NCBI GenBank assembly: GCA_963790185.1 | Contig: CAWBNR010000007.1 | Coordinates: forward strand, 14,832 to 78,831 | Direction of reading: 5' to 3' | Length of the DNA stretch: 64,000 nucleotides | Origin: an uncultured Thermoleophilia bacterium | GTDB lineage: Bacteria; Actinomycetota; Thermoleophilia; UBA2241 | Shown here: piece after piece, positions 1 to 10,380 of the stretch | How positions within the stretch are numbered: the first letter of the stretch is position 1 | How the letters are laid out: each line of letters begins with the position of its first letter | Notes under the pieces: model-generated | The model's database searches: none | What the model was told of the DNA's origin: nothing | The model's input: the letters and a program-made list of their open reading frames with translations, nothing else | Position numbers and translations under genes: made by a program

Positions 1-25
1 CGAACACGCAAGGTTCGTGTCAAAC

Positions 26-515
26 ATGACGGGCGAAGTAGCTGGGATGCTCAATGGATTTCAGCGGGCCCACAGGGAAATGTCCGTCAAAACCAAGCGA
101 GACAACGTCAAATTCGTGACCGATCTGTCAACGGAAGTGTCCGGAGTGCTCACAGGCTTTCACCGGGCCCAGGCAGAGATGGCTGCGAATATGCAGGAGA
201 GAGAACCAAGCGTTCGTGGCCAACACGGCAAGGGCCGTCTCAGGGCTGCTGAACGGATTTCACGATGCACGTTCCCAGATGGCCAGGACATCCCAATCTG
301 AACGAAATCAGTTTGTCACTGGCCTGAAGAAGTCGGTCAAAGGGATGAGACAGGAAGTCGCCGAGGATTTGGCCGGTGCACGGCAGGCCTGGAATGGCCC
401 ATCGCCGGCGATGCAGAAGGCCAAACAGGAAGAGGAACGAAAAGCCAGTGTGGTCGCAGAACAAAAGGCCAAGGCTGACAGCCGAACTGAAGGCGAGGGC
501 GGAAGCGGAGCATAA
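26..515 (+). CDS. 33-residue-repeat protein, GvpC-like gas-vesicle surface protein (split into ORFs 17-301 and 216-515 by an apparent 1-nt indel near 206)
   Basis: Three tandem ~33-aa repeats with motif V-x-G-x-L-N/T-G-F-x-x-A-x-x-x-M...F-V-T/A. The repeats continue in register only if the reading frame shifts at ~206. Sits at the head of a gvp cluster where gvpC is found in Serratia/cyanobacterial-type clusters. Confidence 0.4.
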
Positions 516-636
516 GGCAAGGGCCGAAGCCGAGTTCAGAGCAAAGGAAGCCTCGGAAAGAGAAAAGCAGGAACAAAGCAAGAAGAAGACACAAAGGTGA
601 CACCAAAAGCGAGTGAGCGCAAATCAGAGGTCGACG

Positions 637-988
637 ATGACTGACATGACGGTCGGGCATGCAGAAGTGACAGAGCTAACGTGCTCTTTCTGTGGCGGCA
701 CGGGAAAAGATCCGTTCGGGATAATGTCTTGGATCTCATCGTGCTGCGTATGTGGTGGCAAGGGTACGGTGAGAATTCGGAGACCCTACACCAGGTGCGC
801 TCACTGTCAGGGGACGGGAGCGATCAAGACCTTCACCTGTACAGCCTGCAAGGGCACAGGTTACGTCCCGCTTCCGTCACACCCGACCTCTACTTGCCCG
901 GAATGCCACGGGTCTGGGGACGACGGTTCCAATTCCTGCAATGACGTGTCTCAAGTGCAAGGGAAGGGGATTCGTTGCTCAGATTTGA
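637..988 (+). CDS. DnaJ-type zinc-finger protein (six CxxCxGxG repeats, no J-domain); apparent frameshift near 925
   Basis: Repeats CSFCGGTGKD, CCVCGGKGTV, CAHCQGTGAI, CTACKGTGYV, CPECHGSG, and in the shifted frame CLKCKGRGFV ending at 986-988. AGAGG ribosome-binding site before the ATG at 637. Confidence 0.55.
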
Positions 989-1246
989 ATATGCTGAAGC
1001 GCCTTGCGAATGACGATCATGTTCAATAGCGCTTCAGGATCAATGGACCAAAAGGTTGCATCATAACGAGACATTGTCGGAAAACCCCGGGCATCAGATG
1101 GTGCGCTGACGCGGTCATCTTCATTCACGTTCAGTATAACCCTGGACTCGGTGGGCAGGATAGCCCGACTGGCCGGCTCAGCAGGTCATCGGCGTTATCC
1201 CGTGTGTCGAGTGACCACACATCAACCAAAGGAAACGGAACAAACC

Positions 1247-2225
1247 ATGAGCGGCAGCAAATCGAATACTGCAACTGTGGCTCCAGAGATGATCCGGCCA
1301 GAGGGTGACGACGTAGAGCCCGTGCCGAGTGAACAGTTTGTGTGCACCCCACATGTAAAAGACTTGGCTGACCGAGCAATGGCTTACCTGGCGGTGGGTT
1401 ATTCGGTGCATTTTGCGGGAGCAGCAGGGACCGGCAAGACCACTCTCGCTTTTCACGTGGCGGCCAAGTTGGCGCGGCCCGTTATTCTCATCCACGGGGA
1501 TGATGAGTTCGGGAGTTCCGATCTGGTAGGGCGGGATTCAGGGTACCGCAAATCCAAGCTGGTGGACAATTTCATTCATTCTGTGGTCAGGACAGAAGAG
1601 GAGATGCGAAGTTTCTGGGTAGACAATCGTCTCACCACCGCGTGCCGCGATGGTTACACCCTCATTTATGATGAGTTCACTCGCTCCAGACCGGAGGCGA
1701 ACAACGTGCTTCTGAGCATTCTGGAGGAAGGGATTCTGAATCTTGCCCAGTCTGCGCAGGACGGGCGAAGGCTACCTTGAGGTTCATCCGTCGTTCAGGG
1801 CCATTTTCACGTCCAATCCCGAAGAGTACGCCGGGGTCCATAAAACCCAGGACGCCCTGCTGGATCGTATTATCACCATCAATGTGGATCATTATGACCG
1901 CGAGTCCGAAGTGCAAATTACGATGGCAAAGTCGGGTCTTCCCAGGTCTGATGCGGAAGTGATCGTGGACATCATCAGGGAGTTGCGTCTTGTGGGGGTA
2001 AACAACCACAGGCCCACGGTACGGGCGTGTATAGCCATAGGGAAGGTGCTGGCGCATCTCGGTGGCACATCTCAGGCTAACGATGAGATCTTCAAATGGA
2101 TCTGCCGAGATGTCCTTACCCGGGACACGGTAAAGGTCACCAGGGGCGGCGAACCGCTCATGCCAAAGAAGGTGGACGAAGTCATCCACAGAGTGTGCAA
2201 GCAGAAGATGGATCGTCGCCTTTAG
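1247..2225 (+). CDS. gvpN: Gas vesicle protein GvpN, AAA+ ATPase (CbbQ/NirQ family); 1-nt frameshift near 1745
   Basis: Walker [10 protein letters not shown], then [14 protein letters not shown] followed in the +1 frame by [29 protein letters not shown], which is typical of GvpN. AAGGAAA ribosome-binding site before the ATG at 1247. Confidence 0.85.
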
Positions 2226-2241
2226 TCGAAGGGGAAAAACG

Positions 2242-2574
2242 ATGAGCATTCGAACCAAATCAAACCTGCGAGGCCTAAGAGATATTCGCACCCGATCGGG
2301 GAGAGTAGATCGCTCTGACGTGCCCTATATGGCGTACATGAAAATCAGCTGCCTCGAAATGGAGAGGGCCAGACGAGACCAAGAGAAGTTCAGCGCACAA
2401 GCGAGAATCAGAAACCTTGATAAGCGGCTGGAAGAAATTGACCTGGAAAAAGGCGACCTTTTGGTGCGCCTTGGGGAGCGTCCTTCCTCCCGTCCCTTAA
2501 GGTCAACCGGTGGCTCGCACCAACCCGTCCGAGCCAGAGGCGAATCCAAACCTGGATTCACGATCAAGTACTGA
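2242..2574 (+). CDS. Hypothetical coiled-coil protein inside gvp cluster
   Basis: ORF with GGGGAAAA ribosome-binding site; charged, coiled-coil-like sequence (EMERARRDQEKFSAQARIRNLDKRLEEIDLEKGDL). Confidence 0.35.
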   Translation: MSIRTKSNLRGLRDIRTRSGRVDRSDVPYMAYMKISCLEMERARRDQEKFSAQARIRNLDKRLEEIDLEKGDLLVRLGERPSSRPLRSTGGSHQPVRARGESKPGFTIKY

Positions 2575-2761
2575 GATTCTTGGAAAGGGCCTAGGTGTGG
2601 AGCATGTCAGCGGTGAAAGGTTTCAAACAACTACGAACAAGCAGCAGTATCAAGGGGTTCCGGTCATGCCGGCACTCGACTGCAGTCCCCTTGGAACTCC
2701 TCGATAGAGGGAGAATTCGGGCGAGCGAAACAAGGCGGCTCTGGGAAGGGGTCCGGCAGTC

Positions 2762-3097
2762 GTGGCTTCACTGCAAGGCAGACGTTCCCGGAAGTATCCG
2801 GCACAAATGAGTTCCCAGGTCAGGGAGTCAATCGACCGTCAAAAAGAGAGTGCGACAGGGAGGTTAGCCGTGAAAGTCAATTGTATATCTTGCGGCCACA
2901 GTATTTCGCTCGACGAAGCGTACGACGACTTCTCGGGATATGTAAAATGCTACGTCTGCGGGGGAATGCTGGAAATCAAGACTGCAGACGGAAAGCTTAG
3001 CTCTGTCAACTTGGCAGGGGTTGCGCTGTCGGGGCAGAGCAACCAAGCGGCTCCGTCGATGTCAAGTCGACAGTCAGGGCAGGGGCACCTGACCTGA
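2762..3097 (+). CDS. Zinc-ribbon hypothetical protein inside gvp cluster
   Basis: CISCGH...CYVCGG: two CxxC pairs ~20 aa apart. An alternative start M lies at 2807. Confidence 0.4.
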   Translation: MASLQGRRSRKYPAQMSSQVRESIDRQKESATGRLAVKVNCISCGHSISLDEAYDDFSGYVKCYVCGGMLEIKTADGKLSSVNLAGVALSGQSNQAAPSMSSRQSGQGHLT

Positions 3098-3183
3098 GAG
3101 AGTCCCCTACTCAAGGGAAAAACACCAGAGCACGAACACGTCATGTGCCGAACTCCGGGCAATGAGAGCGCTGCGTCACAATA

Positions 3184-4002
3184 ATGGTTCAGAGGACCCA
3201 CGGTGCAACTTCCGACAAACGAATGGGATGTGCCATGCAAAAGTCAGGCAAAAGCCCACACGGCTTAACAGGTCGATATCTGTACGCCATTGTTCCCGGA
3301 TCCGATGCAAAGTCATACGGTAGCCTTGGTATCAACGGTGGCAGGGTCTATACGATTGCGGACGGTGACGTCGCGGCGGTGGTCAGTGACGTCATCAACC
3401 AGAAGATTCGGCCGGAGAGGCGTCATTTTGCGGCCCACCAGGGAGTGTTGAAGAAGCTCATGGAGGACACCGACCTTCTGCCCATGTCCTTCGGCATCAT
3501 TTCAGCAGGACCTAAGGCTGTTCGTGGACTTCTGGAGCGCAATCGCGACACGATATCCACAGAACTCAAACGGGTCTCCGGCAAAGTGGAAATGGGACTC
3601 AAGGTATCGTGGGATGTTCCCAACATCTTCGAATACATGGTCAGCACCCATACCGAATTGCTGGAAGCCCGGGATCGATTGCTCAGCAGCCAACGCAAGT
3701 CTACGCAGGATGAAAAGATCGCGATCGGCCAACTGTTTGAAGATCTGCTCAACGCTGACAGGGAACGCCACACCGGCGTGGTAGAGGAAGTAATCGGCCC
3801 CAAGTGCTTCGAAGTCAAGCGAAACAAATGCCGCGATGAACGGAATGTCATGACTTTGGCTTGTCTCGTTGGCCGCAGCTTTCTTTCGGATTTTGAAAGC
3901 GTGGTACTCGAGGCTGCAAGCCTTTTTGATGACAATTTTGCGTTTGATTACAACGGGCCCTGGGCACCTCACAACTTTGTCCAGGTTGAGGTGGAAGTGT
4001 AG
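3184..4002 (+). CDS. gvpF: Gas vesicle protein GvpF/GvpL family
   Basis: YLYAIVP motif near the N-terminus and a C-terminal GPWAPHNF; length and position between gvpN and gvpG. Possible internal starts at 3223 and 3235. Confidence 0.8.
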   Translation: MVQRTHGATSDKRMGCAMQKSGKSPHGLTGRYLYAIVPGSDAKSYGSLGINGGRVYTIADGDVAAVVSDVINQKIRPERRHFAAHQGVLKKLMEDTDLLPMSFGIISAGPKAVRGLLERNRDTISTELKRVSGKVEMGLKVSWDVPNIFEYMVSTHTELLEARDRLLSSQRKSTQDEKIAIGQLFEDLLNADRERHTGVVEEVIGPKCFEVKRNKCRDERNVMTLACLVGRSFLSDFESVVLEAASLFDDNFAFDYNGPWAPHNFVQVEVEV

Positions 4003-4057
4003 GCGGCTGTTGCCTCACGCAACAGGCTCCTGGGACCACGCGAGGGTGGAGCACACG

Positions 4058-4315
4058 ATGCTATTAGTAGACGATATTCTGCTGTTTCCCTTCAAGGGCC
4101 TGCTGTGGGTTTTTGAAGAAATTTACGAGGCCGCGGAACAAGACCGCCGTGAGGAAGGCGAGAGGATCACCCATGAACTCCAGGACCTCTACGCGATGTT
4201 GGAACGCGGCGAGATAGATGATACGGAATTCGATCGACGAGAGGTTGAACTTCTGGACCGGCTTGATCGATTCCAAGAGAGTTTATCCCCTGCTGAAGAG
4301 GATGAAGAGGATTAA
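4058..4315 (+). CDS. gvpG: Gas vesicle protein GvpG
   Basis: MLLVDDILLFPFKGLLWVFEEI matches the GvpG N-terminal signature; acidic C-terminal tail. Confidence 0.7.
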   Translation: MLLVDDILLFPFKGLLWVFEEIYEAAEQDRREEGERITHELQDLYAMLERGEIDDTEFDRREVELLDRLDRFQESLSPAEEDEED

Positions 4316-4469
4316 GAGGATTCAGAGGGATATGACCACTGAGTCTCTTCGATTGAAGCGAGGGGCGATCGACGCATCATGAATCTGAATCTGAGTTTGT
4401 GGTTTGTGGCATGAGCCATGACGGTTCAAGAGGTATGGAGTGCTATTCATATAGACCGCGGAGAAGGTC

Positions 4470-4691
4470 ATGCGAGATCTGGAACTGGACGACGTTGAAC
4501 ATGTCACCTTATGCGAGGCTCTCGATCGGGTCCTGAACAAGGGAGCTGTCGTGGTTGGCGAAGTGACGATTTCCGTCGCGAATGTGGATCTGATCTACTT
4601 GGGCCTGCAGCTGGTCCTTACGTCTATAGACACATCTGAAACGATGAAGATGTCGTCGCGTCAAGCTGAAGCGCCTTGTGAAGGATTGTAA
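4470..4691 (+). CDS. GvpA/GvpJ/GvpM-family small hydrophobic gas vesicle protein
   Basis: LCEALDRVLNKGAVVVGEVTISVANVDLIYLGLQLVLTSIDT follows the GvpA-fold pattern (LDRxLDKG...I(S/A)SVET). Confidence 0.65.
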   Translation: MRDLELDDVEHVTLCEALDRVLNKGAVVVGEVTISVANVDLIYLGLQLVLTSIDTSETMKMSSRQAEAPCEGL

Positions 4692-4763
4692 TTCTGAAGA
4701 GCGTTCGTGGGCAATCGACCAAAAGATTGCAACATGACGACACGTTGTTGGAAAGAAGCGGCC

Positions 4764-5204
4764 ATGGGGTCACGCTCTGACAAGTTTATTTCCCGCAACG
4801 CCAGCGTCCTATCATCAGCACTTGTTGCCGGAGAAGACATGCAACGCATGCACGTTCGCAAAATCGATTCTGACTCCCTTGATGAATTCGCGAGGGTGAT
4901 GAGAGGCCAGGGGAACGGGAGTGTCGGCCGAGCGCGGCAGTCCGGGCGGCTGGAGCTCGATCAGAAAAGCGTCAAGAACGGCTTGGGGCAACTCGTCTTG
5001 ACTCTGGTCAGACTGCTCCATGAGCTACTGGAACGTCAAGCCATTCGACGCATGGAGTCCGGTTCGTTGTCCGACGCTGAACTGGAGCGGCTTGGCACAA
5101 CTTTGATGTTGCAAGCGCAGGAAATTGAGCGACTCCGCAAGGAATTCGGCTTGGAGGAAGAAGACCTGAATCTCGATCTAGGCCCCCTCGGAAAGCTCGT
5201 GTGA
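4764..5204 (+). CDS. gvpK: Gas vesicle protein GvpK
   Basis: LVLTLVRLLHELLERQAIRRME is the GvpK signature. The ORF opens at 4707; the start is chosen at the internal M. Confidence 0.75.
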   Translation: MGSRSDKFISRNASVLSSALVAGEDMQRMHVRKIDSDSLDEFARVMRGQGNGSVGRARQSGRLELDQKSVKNGLGQLVLTLVRLLHELLERQAIRRMESGSLSDAELERLGTTLMLQAQEIERLRKEFGLEEEDLNLDLGPLGKLV

Positions 5205-5216
5205 GGAGACCCCAAA

Positions 5217-5483
5217 ATGCCTATGCAAAGGTCCACTCGTCATTCGATAGAGAGCACGAATCTCGCTGATCTGCTTGAGCGAATACTGGACAAGGGAATT
5301 GTCATCGCCGGAGACATCAAAATCAGACTTGTCGACGTGGAACTCCTCACTATTCAGATAAGGCTGGTGGTGTGTTCCGTAGACAAGGCCAAGGAAATGG
5401 GCATGGATTGGTGGGTCAATAATCCGGCATTCCAGAGGCAAAAAATTGAGGCCGTGGCACCGCAACCGACCGGTGCTGCCTGA
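5217..5483 (+). CDS. GvpA/GvpJ-family gas vesicle structural protein (GvpJ-like, C-terminal DWW)
   Basis: LADLLERILDKGIVIAGDIKIRLVDVELLTIQIRLVVCSVDKAKEMGMDWW. Confidence 0.7.
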   Translation: MPMQRSTRHSIESTNLADLLERILDKGIVIAGDIKIRLVDVELLTIQIRLVVCSVDKAKEMGMDWWVNNPAFQRQKIEAVAPQPTGAA

Positions 5484-6120
5484 TACATGATGGCCGGCCC
5501 GCGAGGACGAGGTGATTGTGGTGATGGCACCAGGGGAGGAGCGCTTTCACCCGTGTGATCCTGTAATCTGGGATCTCCTGCACGCGCGTCCGGGCGGGCA
5601 TTCTCATCTCCGCGACGGCCAGGAGGCTGTTGCGCAAGGGGTTGCAGCCTGGAAGCACGGTTTCAGGTGAGGCGTCTTCCTTGTGGAGCCACGAAGCGAC
5701 GATGACCTCATCGATGCCATCTCACGCCACGTTCTCGAGAAAGCCCCACAGACACACGGAAGATTGGGCGACCGCCTCCCAGCCGGTAACCAATGCAAGA
5801 AGAATCGACATAACCGGGGACGCTGAATCCACATTCACGGTCATGAGACTGCTACTGTTGGCGCGTGGAGGACATCGCACGGGCGATTTTCTCGCTTTGC
5901 TAGGGGCCTGTCGCGAGACTCCAAACGTGGGGGCAATCGTGCTATTCAGGGTCTCTCACCGCCATCTCTGACTCACCGTCCGGCTCCTAGGAGTCTGACA
6001 TACTAGGCTTTTCCGTTTGGGATTTCGAGTACACATCAAAACTTCGACCCGAGCCTGCTACGTTGTCGGGGAGAGCATTGCGTTACGCAACAGACTCCTA
6101 GGGTGCTTCAGGATGAGACA

Positions 6121-7099
6121 ATGACCAAAGAAGACTTGCCAGGGTTCGATTCTCTTGACGAACCAGACACCCCGCAGCATCAGCTGACAGGTGCGGCCAC
6201 ATCGACAGAGACGATTGACCTGAGCAGTCTGTTTTCCCAGGATGTCTACTCTTCCGGCACGTTTGATTTGAGCAGCGTAGGGTCCACTTCATTTGGACGT
6301 CTTTTGGATGCATTGCCTGTGCCCGCGATTCTCATCGATCAGTGGCACCATGTGGGGTTCGCCAATCGGTCTTGCAGGAAGCTGAGTCCCGGTTACGAAA
6401 GGATGCGCGGGGTCCCGTTCCTGGACTTTCTCCCTCGCCCCACGGATGCAGAGCGGGAGCGAGTACCTGGTTGACAAGACAACTGCTCTTCTAGAAAAAG
6501 TATTTGAGACCAGAAAGCCACAAGTCGCAGAAACCATCCTGGAAATCCACAAAACCAGAATTTGGGCTCGCATGCATTTGAGGGCGGTTCGCATTGCGTC
6601 GGATCGACACCTGCTGGTTCTCATTGAGGATCTGACCAATGAGAAAAAGCAAATCGAATTGAGTCGGAGACAGGAAAACGCGTTCCGGGAAATGCGCCGT
6701 GACTTGATGGCGCGCCTGGACGAGGCGAATTCAGAGCTCTATCGAACAGGGCAACGCTGCAAACGCGAGGCAGAGGAACATTTGCGAACTCGGAAAGCAT
6801 TACGGATTGAAGAACAAAAATCCAAGATGCTCTCAGAACTGGGATGCTTCGCCACTGCCGTGGTCGCATCGACGGGGACTTTCCAATACATCGACCGCAG
6901 ATTCCGAGACATGTTTGGCTTCGAGCTGACCGATCTCCCCAACTTCGGCCACTGGATCATATGGATGGGGTCTGACGCCAATCCTTTGGATCGTATGTGG
7001 GAGGATTCACTTGAAACGCTGAACCAACCGGACGAGGAGAGAATGGCCCCTGCTCATTGTACCGTGCTGTGCCAGGACATGAACCAGAAAAGAGGTTAA
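6121..7099 (+). CDS. PAS-domain sensor protein (no kinase domain); apparent frameshift near 6460 joining ORFs 6103-6474 and 6446-7099
   Basis: LLDALPVPAILIDQWHHVGFANRSCRKL is a PAS core; the downstream frame continues protein-like sequence. Confidence 0.5.
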
Positions 7100-7238
7100 C
7101 ATCAACGGGTTGAAACTTGCTGACGGGCACTATTTCATCATCTGTGAAGAAGCCGAAGGACACAGAGGCGAATAACGAAAGTCAAGGTCTTCGAAGCGAC
7201 GTTTCCCCCGGAGCCGAGGGCGTGTAAGGGCTCCATCT

Positions 7239-7616
7239 TCATGGCAAGAAGCCGTGAAGCATCCGGATCACATCCTCATGCCGAAATGGTTTGGAAATGA
7301 AACCCGATACAGATCCTTCGTCCATGGCCCTCCGAATATTGACGTCATCTTTGTAATAGTATCCGGAAATCATTACTATATGTATCGAAGGGTCCATAGA
7401 TTTGATTCGCCTGGCCAGATCTAACCCATCCATATCATTTAGCTTAACGTCTAGGAGCGCAATGGTGAACCGGGTGGACTCCACTAATTTAAGGGCAGCC
7501 TCACCGCTCTGAGCGGTCCTAAGTGCAAAGCCCTTTTCTGCCAACAGGTTTTCCAGAACCCAGCACATGCCGGGTTCGTCATCGACGATAAGCACAACAG
7601 GATTGGATGACTCCAT
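7239..7616 (-). CDS. Single-domain response regulator (CheY-like receiver)
   Basis: VVLIVDDEPG ... LLDVKLNDMDGLDL ... MISGY. The ATG at 7616 follows the histidine kinase gene. Confidence 0.8.
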   Translation of the reverse strand: MESSNPVVLIVDDEPGMCWVLENLLAEKGFALRTAQSGEAALKLVESTRFTIALLDVKLNDMDGLDLARRIKSMDPSIHIVMISGYYYKDDVNIRRAMDEGSVSGFISKPFRHEDVIRMLHGFLP

Positions 7617-7633
7617 ATGACTCGCCTCGCGTG

Positions 7634-9177
7634 TTACAAGAGTGGTAGTTGAACGGAAAAGATCGTTCCCTTGCCTTCCATGCTCTGAACCTGTACATTT
7701 CCCAGATGCTGCCTTACGATGGAATAGCATATCGAGAGACCCAAGCCCGTGCCCTTGCCCACAGGGGACACGGTAAAAAATGGGTCGAATATTTTTTCGA
7801 GATGCTTAGTCGAAATGCCGAAGCCGGTGTCTTCGACGCCTACCAGAGCCCAGTTCTCAGACCTGCGTGCAGAAACGATGAGCCTGCCACCGTCGGGCAT
7901 GGCGTTGATGGCATTCAAGAAGAAATTCAGAAACATTTGCTGAAGAAGGTTTGCATTACCGTGCACGAACATCTCTTGGTCAGGCAGATCCACAGACACG
8001 GAAATCTTTTCGATCTTTGCCTGGTTCGATACCAACTGTAGGGAATCATGGATCACATCCAGCAGATTGACCGCTGCCATCTCTATGCTTGAAGATGGCC
8101 GAGCGAACCGTAGCAGATTTTCAATTATGGAAGAGGCCTTTTCTATTCCCGCGAGCAGTCTACCGATGCATTCCTCACGAAGCTCAGGTTTGATATCTCG
8201 GTCCGTCAGGAATTGTGCTGCTGAAGAGCACACAGCGAGAGGGTTCCGAATTTCGTGAGCTATGCCGCCCGCCATCACGCCGAGTGCCGCAAGTTTTTGC
8301 GACTGCAGGAGCTGCATTTCCAGTTTTCGATGTTCGCTCAGGTCTCTGCCCACGGCCACGACACCCACGGACGCGGGGACGCTCATCTTTCATGGCAGAG
8401 AAGACCCAACTGATCGGTATTTCGCGACCATCCTTGGTGATGAGCCCCCATTCTCCGGTCTGAGACGTATCTCTGACCTTCAAATCGCTGAAGACTTTCC
8501 TCAGTTCCTCCTTTTCCGAGACGCATCGTTCAAAAAAAGAGCAGCCTTTCACTTCCCATGATCGGTAGCCCGGTAAGTTTCTCCGCGGCAGTGTTCCAAG
8601 TCAAAATCAGTCCCTCGGAATCGGTTGAGAGAACCACGTCTCTCGCGCTTTCCACTACGCTCGCCAAATGGCGTTCAACCCGCCGAACCTCTTCGCTCAA
8701 CCTCACCTGTTCGGTGACATCGTCCATCAGCAGGATGACTCTCTCCACCTCTCCGTGCCACGCGAACGGAAGAATACGGTAATAATAGGTGCGGATGGGA
8801 ATACCCGGAGCACGGTAGGTCATCCGGTCGCCTCTGATCGCGAGATTCTTGCCAAAGACTTCGCGGACCTTGCCGGTTATGTCGATGTGTTCGATGATGG
8901 CTTCGGGTAGCACCTGTTCGAGCTTCTGGCCTATCACTTCCTGTTGAGTCCTGCGGCTCTTGGTAATGAAGTTCCTGTTTGCAAAGACCACCTTCAGGTC
9001 TCTGCTCACAAAGAGGACCGATGAAGGGATGGATTCGAGAAACATCCCGAACATATCTCGGTACCGATGCGGATCGTCTTGTCCCCATTGTTCCAATCCG
9101 GTCAGATCCATGGTGGCGTCCACCTCCGTTTTCACGACGAATTGGGCTGTCAATCTGGTAAGCAAACAGTGTGCCAC
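7634..9177 (-). CDS. PAS/PAS sensor histidine kinase (HisKA + HATPase_c); two apparent frameshifts (~8390 and ~8540)
   Basis: H-box AHEIRNPLAV, and N/G boxes (NAINAM, GTGLGLSI). The upstream ORFs 8184-8552 and 8530-9177 encode PAS segments in other frames. An alternative start lies at 9111. Confidence 0.8.
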
Positions 9178-9383
9178 CTTCGATCGCGCAAACCACGTCC
9201 CGGGTTATAGCTGTGGCCAAAGTTTCTGAGCTCATGGCTCGACTGTGGCGGTACACCACATGCAAAGCTACCTGAGACAGAAATTCGGGCAGCCTTGGGA
9301 AGAGCGACCAACCGGCACTCCACAGGTCGCGTCTCCCGAAACGCGCTGCGGCATCGGTCACGAAGCAGTCACGAGGCCGAGAC

Positions 9384-10312
9384 TCTAGAAGTTAACCTGG
9401 TCCATACCCTTGAGCCCAAGAATTCTCCTTGCATCTGCCGGGGTAGCCACCTCGCGGTTGAGCATGTCCGCGAGATGAACGATCTTTTGCTACGAGTTCC
9501 GCGTTACTTTTCGCAAGTCGGCCCTTTTGGATGTAGATGTTGTCTTCCAGGCCCACCCTCACGTGACCGCCCATGTGGATTGCCATGGTGGAGAGGTTGA
9601 TCTCGGCTGCACCCACACCGATGACAGACCACGTGAAGTTGTCCCTGCCGAAGAGGGTTTCAGCCTTGGTGGTCAAATACGTGAGATCTTCCGGTGTTCC
9701 TCTGATAGCTCCGAGAACTCCCATAACGAACTGAAGGTGCAGTGGTGGCTTCATCAGGCCTTCAGTGACAATGTGGTCAAGATTGTACAAATGCCCTACG
9801 TCGTAGATTTCCAGCTCCGGCTTGGTGCGATTCTCTTGAGTTACTTTGCAGAGATATTCGAAGTCCTTGAAAGTATTTTTGAATACGAAATCCTTGCTCA
9901 TTTCGAGATAGGCTTTTTCCCAGGGATACTTGAATTCCGTGATGTACTTCAAAGCAGGGTGCAGGGCAAAATTGATCGACCCCATGTTGAAGGAACACAT
10001 CTCCGGCTTGAAAAGGGGAACAACTTGAGCACGCTCCTCCACGGTCATGAGCACCGAACCGCCGGTGGTGACGCAAATCACCACGTCGGATTGTTCTTTG
10101 ATGCGGCCGAGGATTTCACGAAAATGGTTCGGGTCCGACGACGGAAAACCGTCTTCGGGCCTGCGCGCGTGGATGTGCACAATTGCAGCGCCAGCTCGAG
10201 CAGCTTCAATGGCCGAATCTGCAATCTGTCGCGGTGTGAGGGGCAGATAGGGCGTCAACGACGGAATGGTTGCGGCGCCACTAATGGCAGCAGTGATGAT
10301 GAGCTTTTCCAT
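9384..10312 (-). CDS. kce: 3-keto-5-aminohexanoate cleavage enzyme (Kce, BKACE/DUF849 family); 1-nt frameshift near 9487
   Basis: MEKLIITAAISGA... is the typical BKACE N-terminus. The C-terminus continues as IVHLADMLNREVATPADARRILGL in the +1 frame down to a stop at 9384. Confidence 0.75.
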
Positions 10313-10380
10313 AATGAACTCCTCTGGGTGAGATGGCATTCTCCCTAGGCGAAGAGGCCTCAGTGCGCTTTGACCAATGG

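Noticed and set aside
5630-5971. 113-aa ORF in the gap after the last gvp gene (and overlapping minus-strand ORFs 5416-5658, 5604-5834)
   Set aside because: No ribosome-binding site, mutually overlapping in several frames, low-complexity composition. Treated as non-coding and regulatory.
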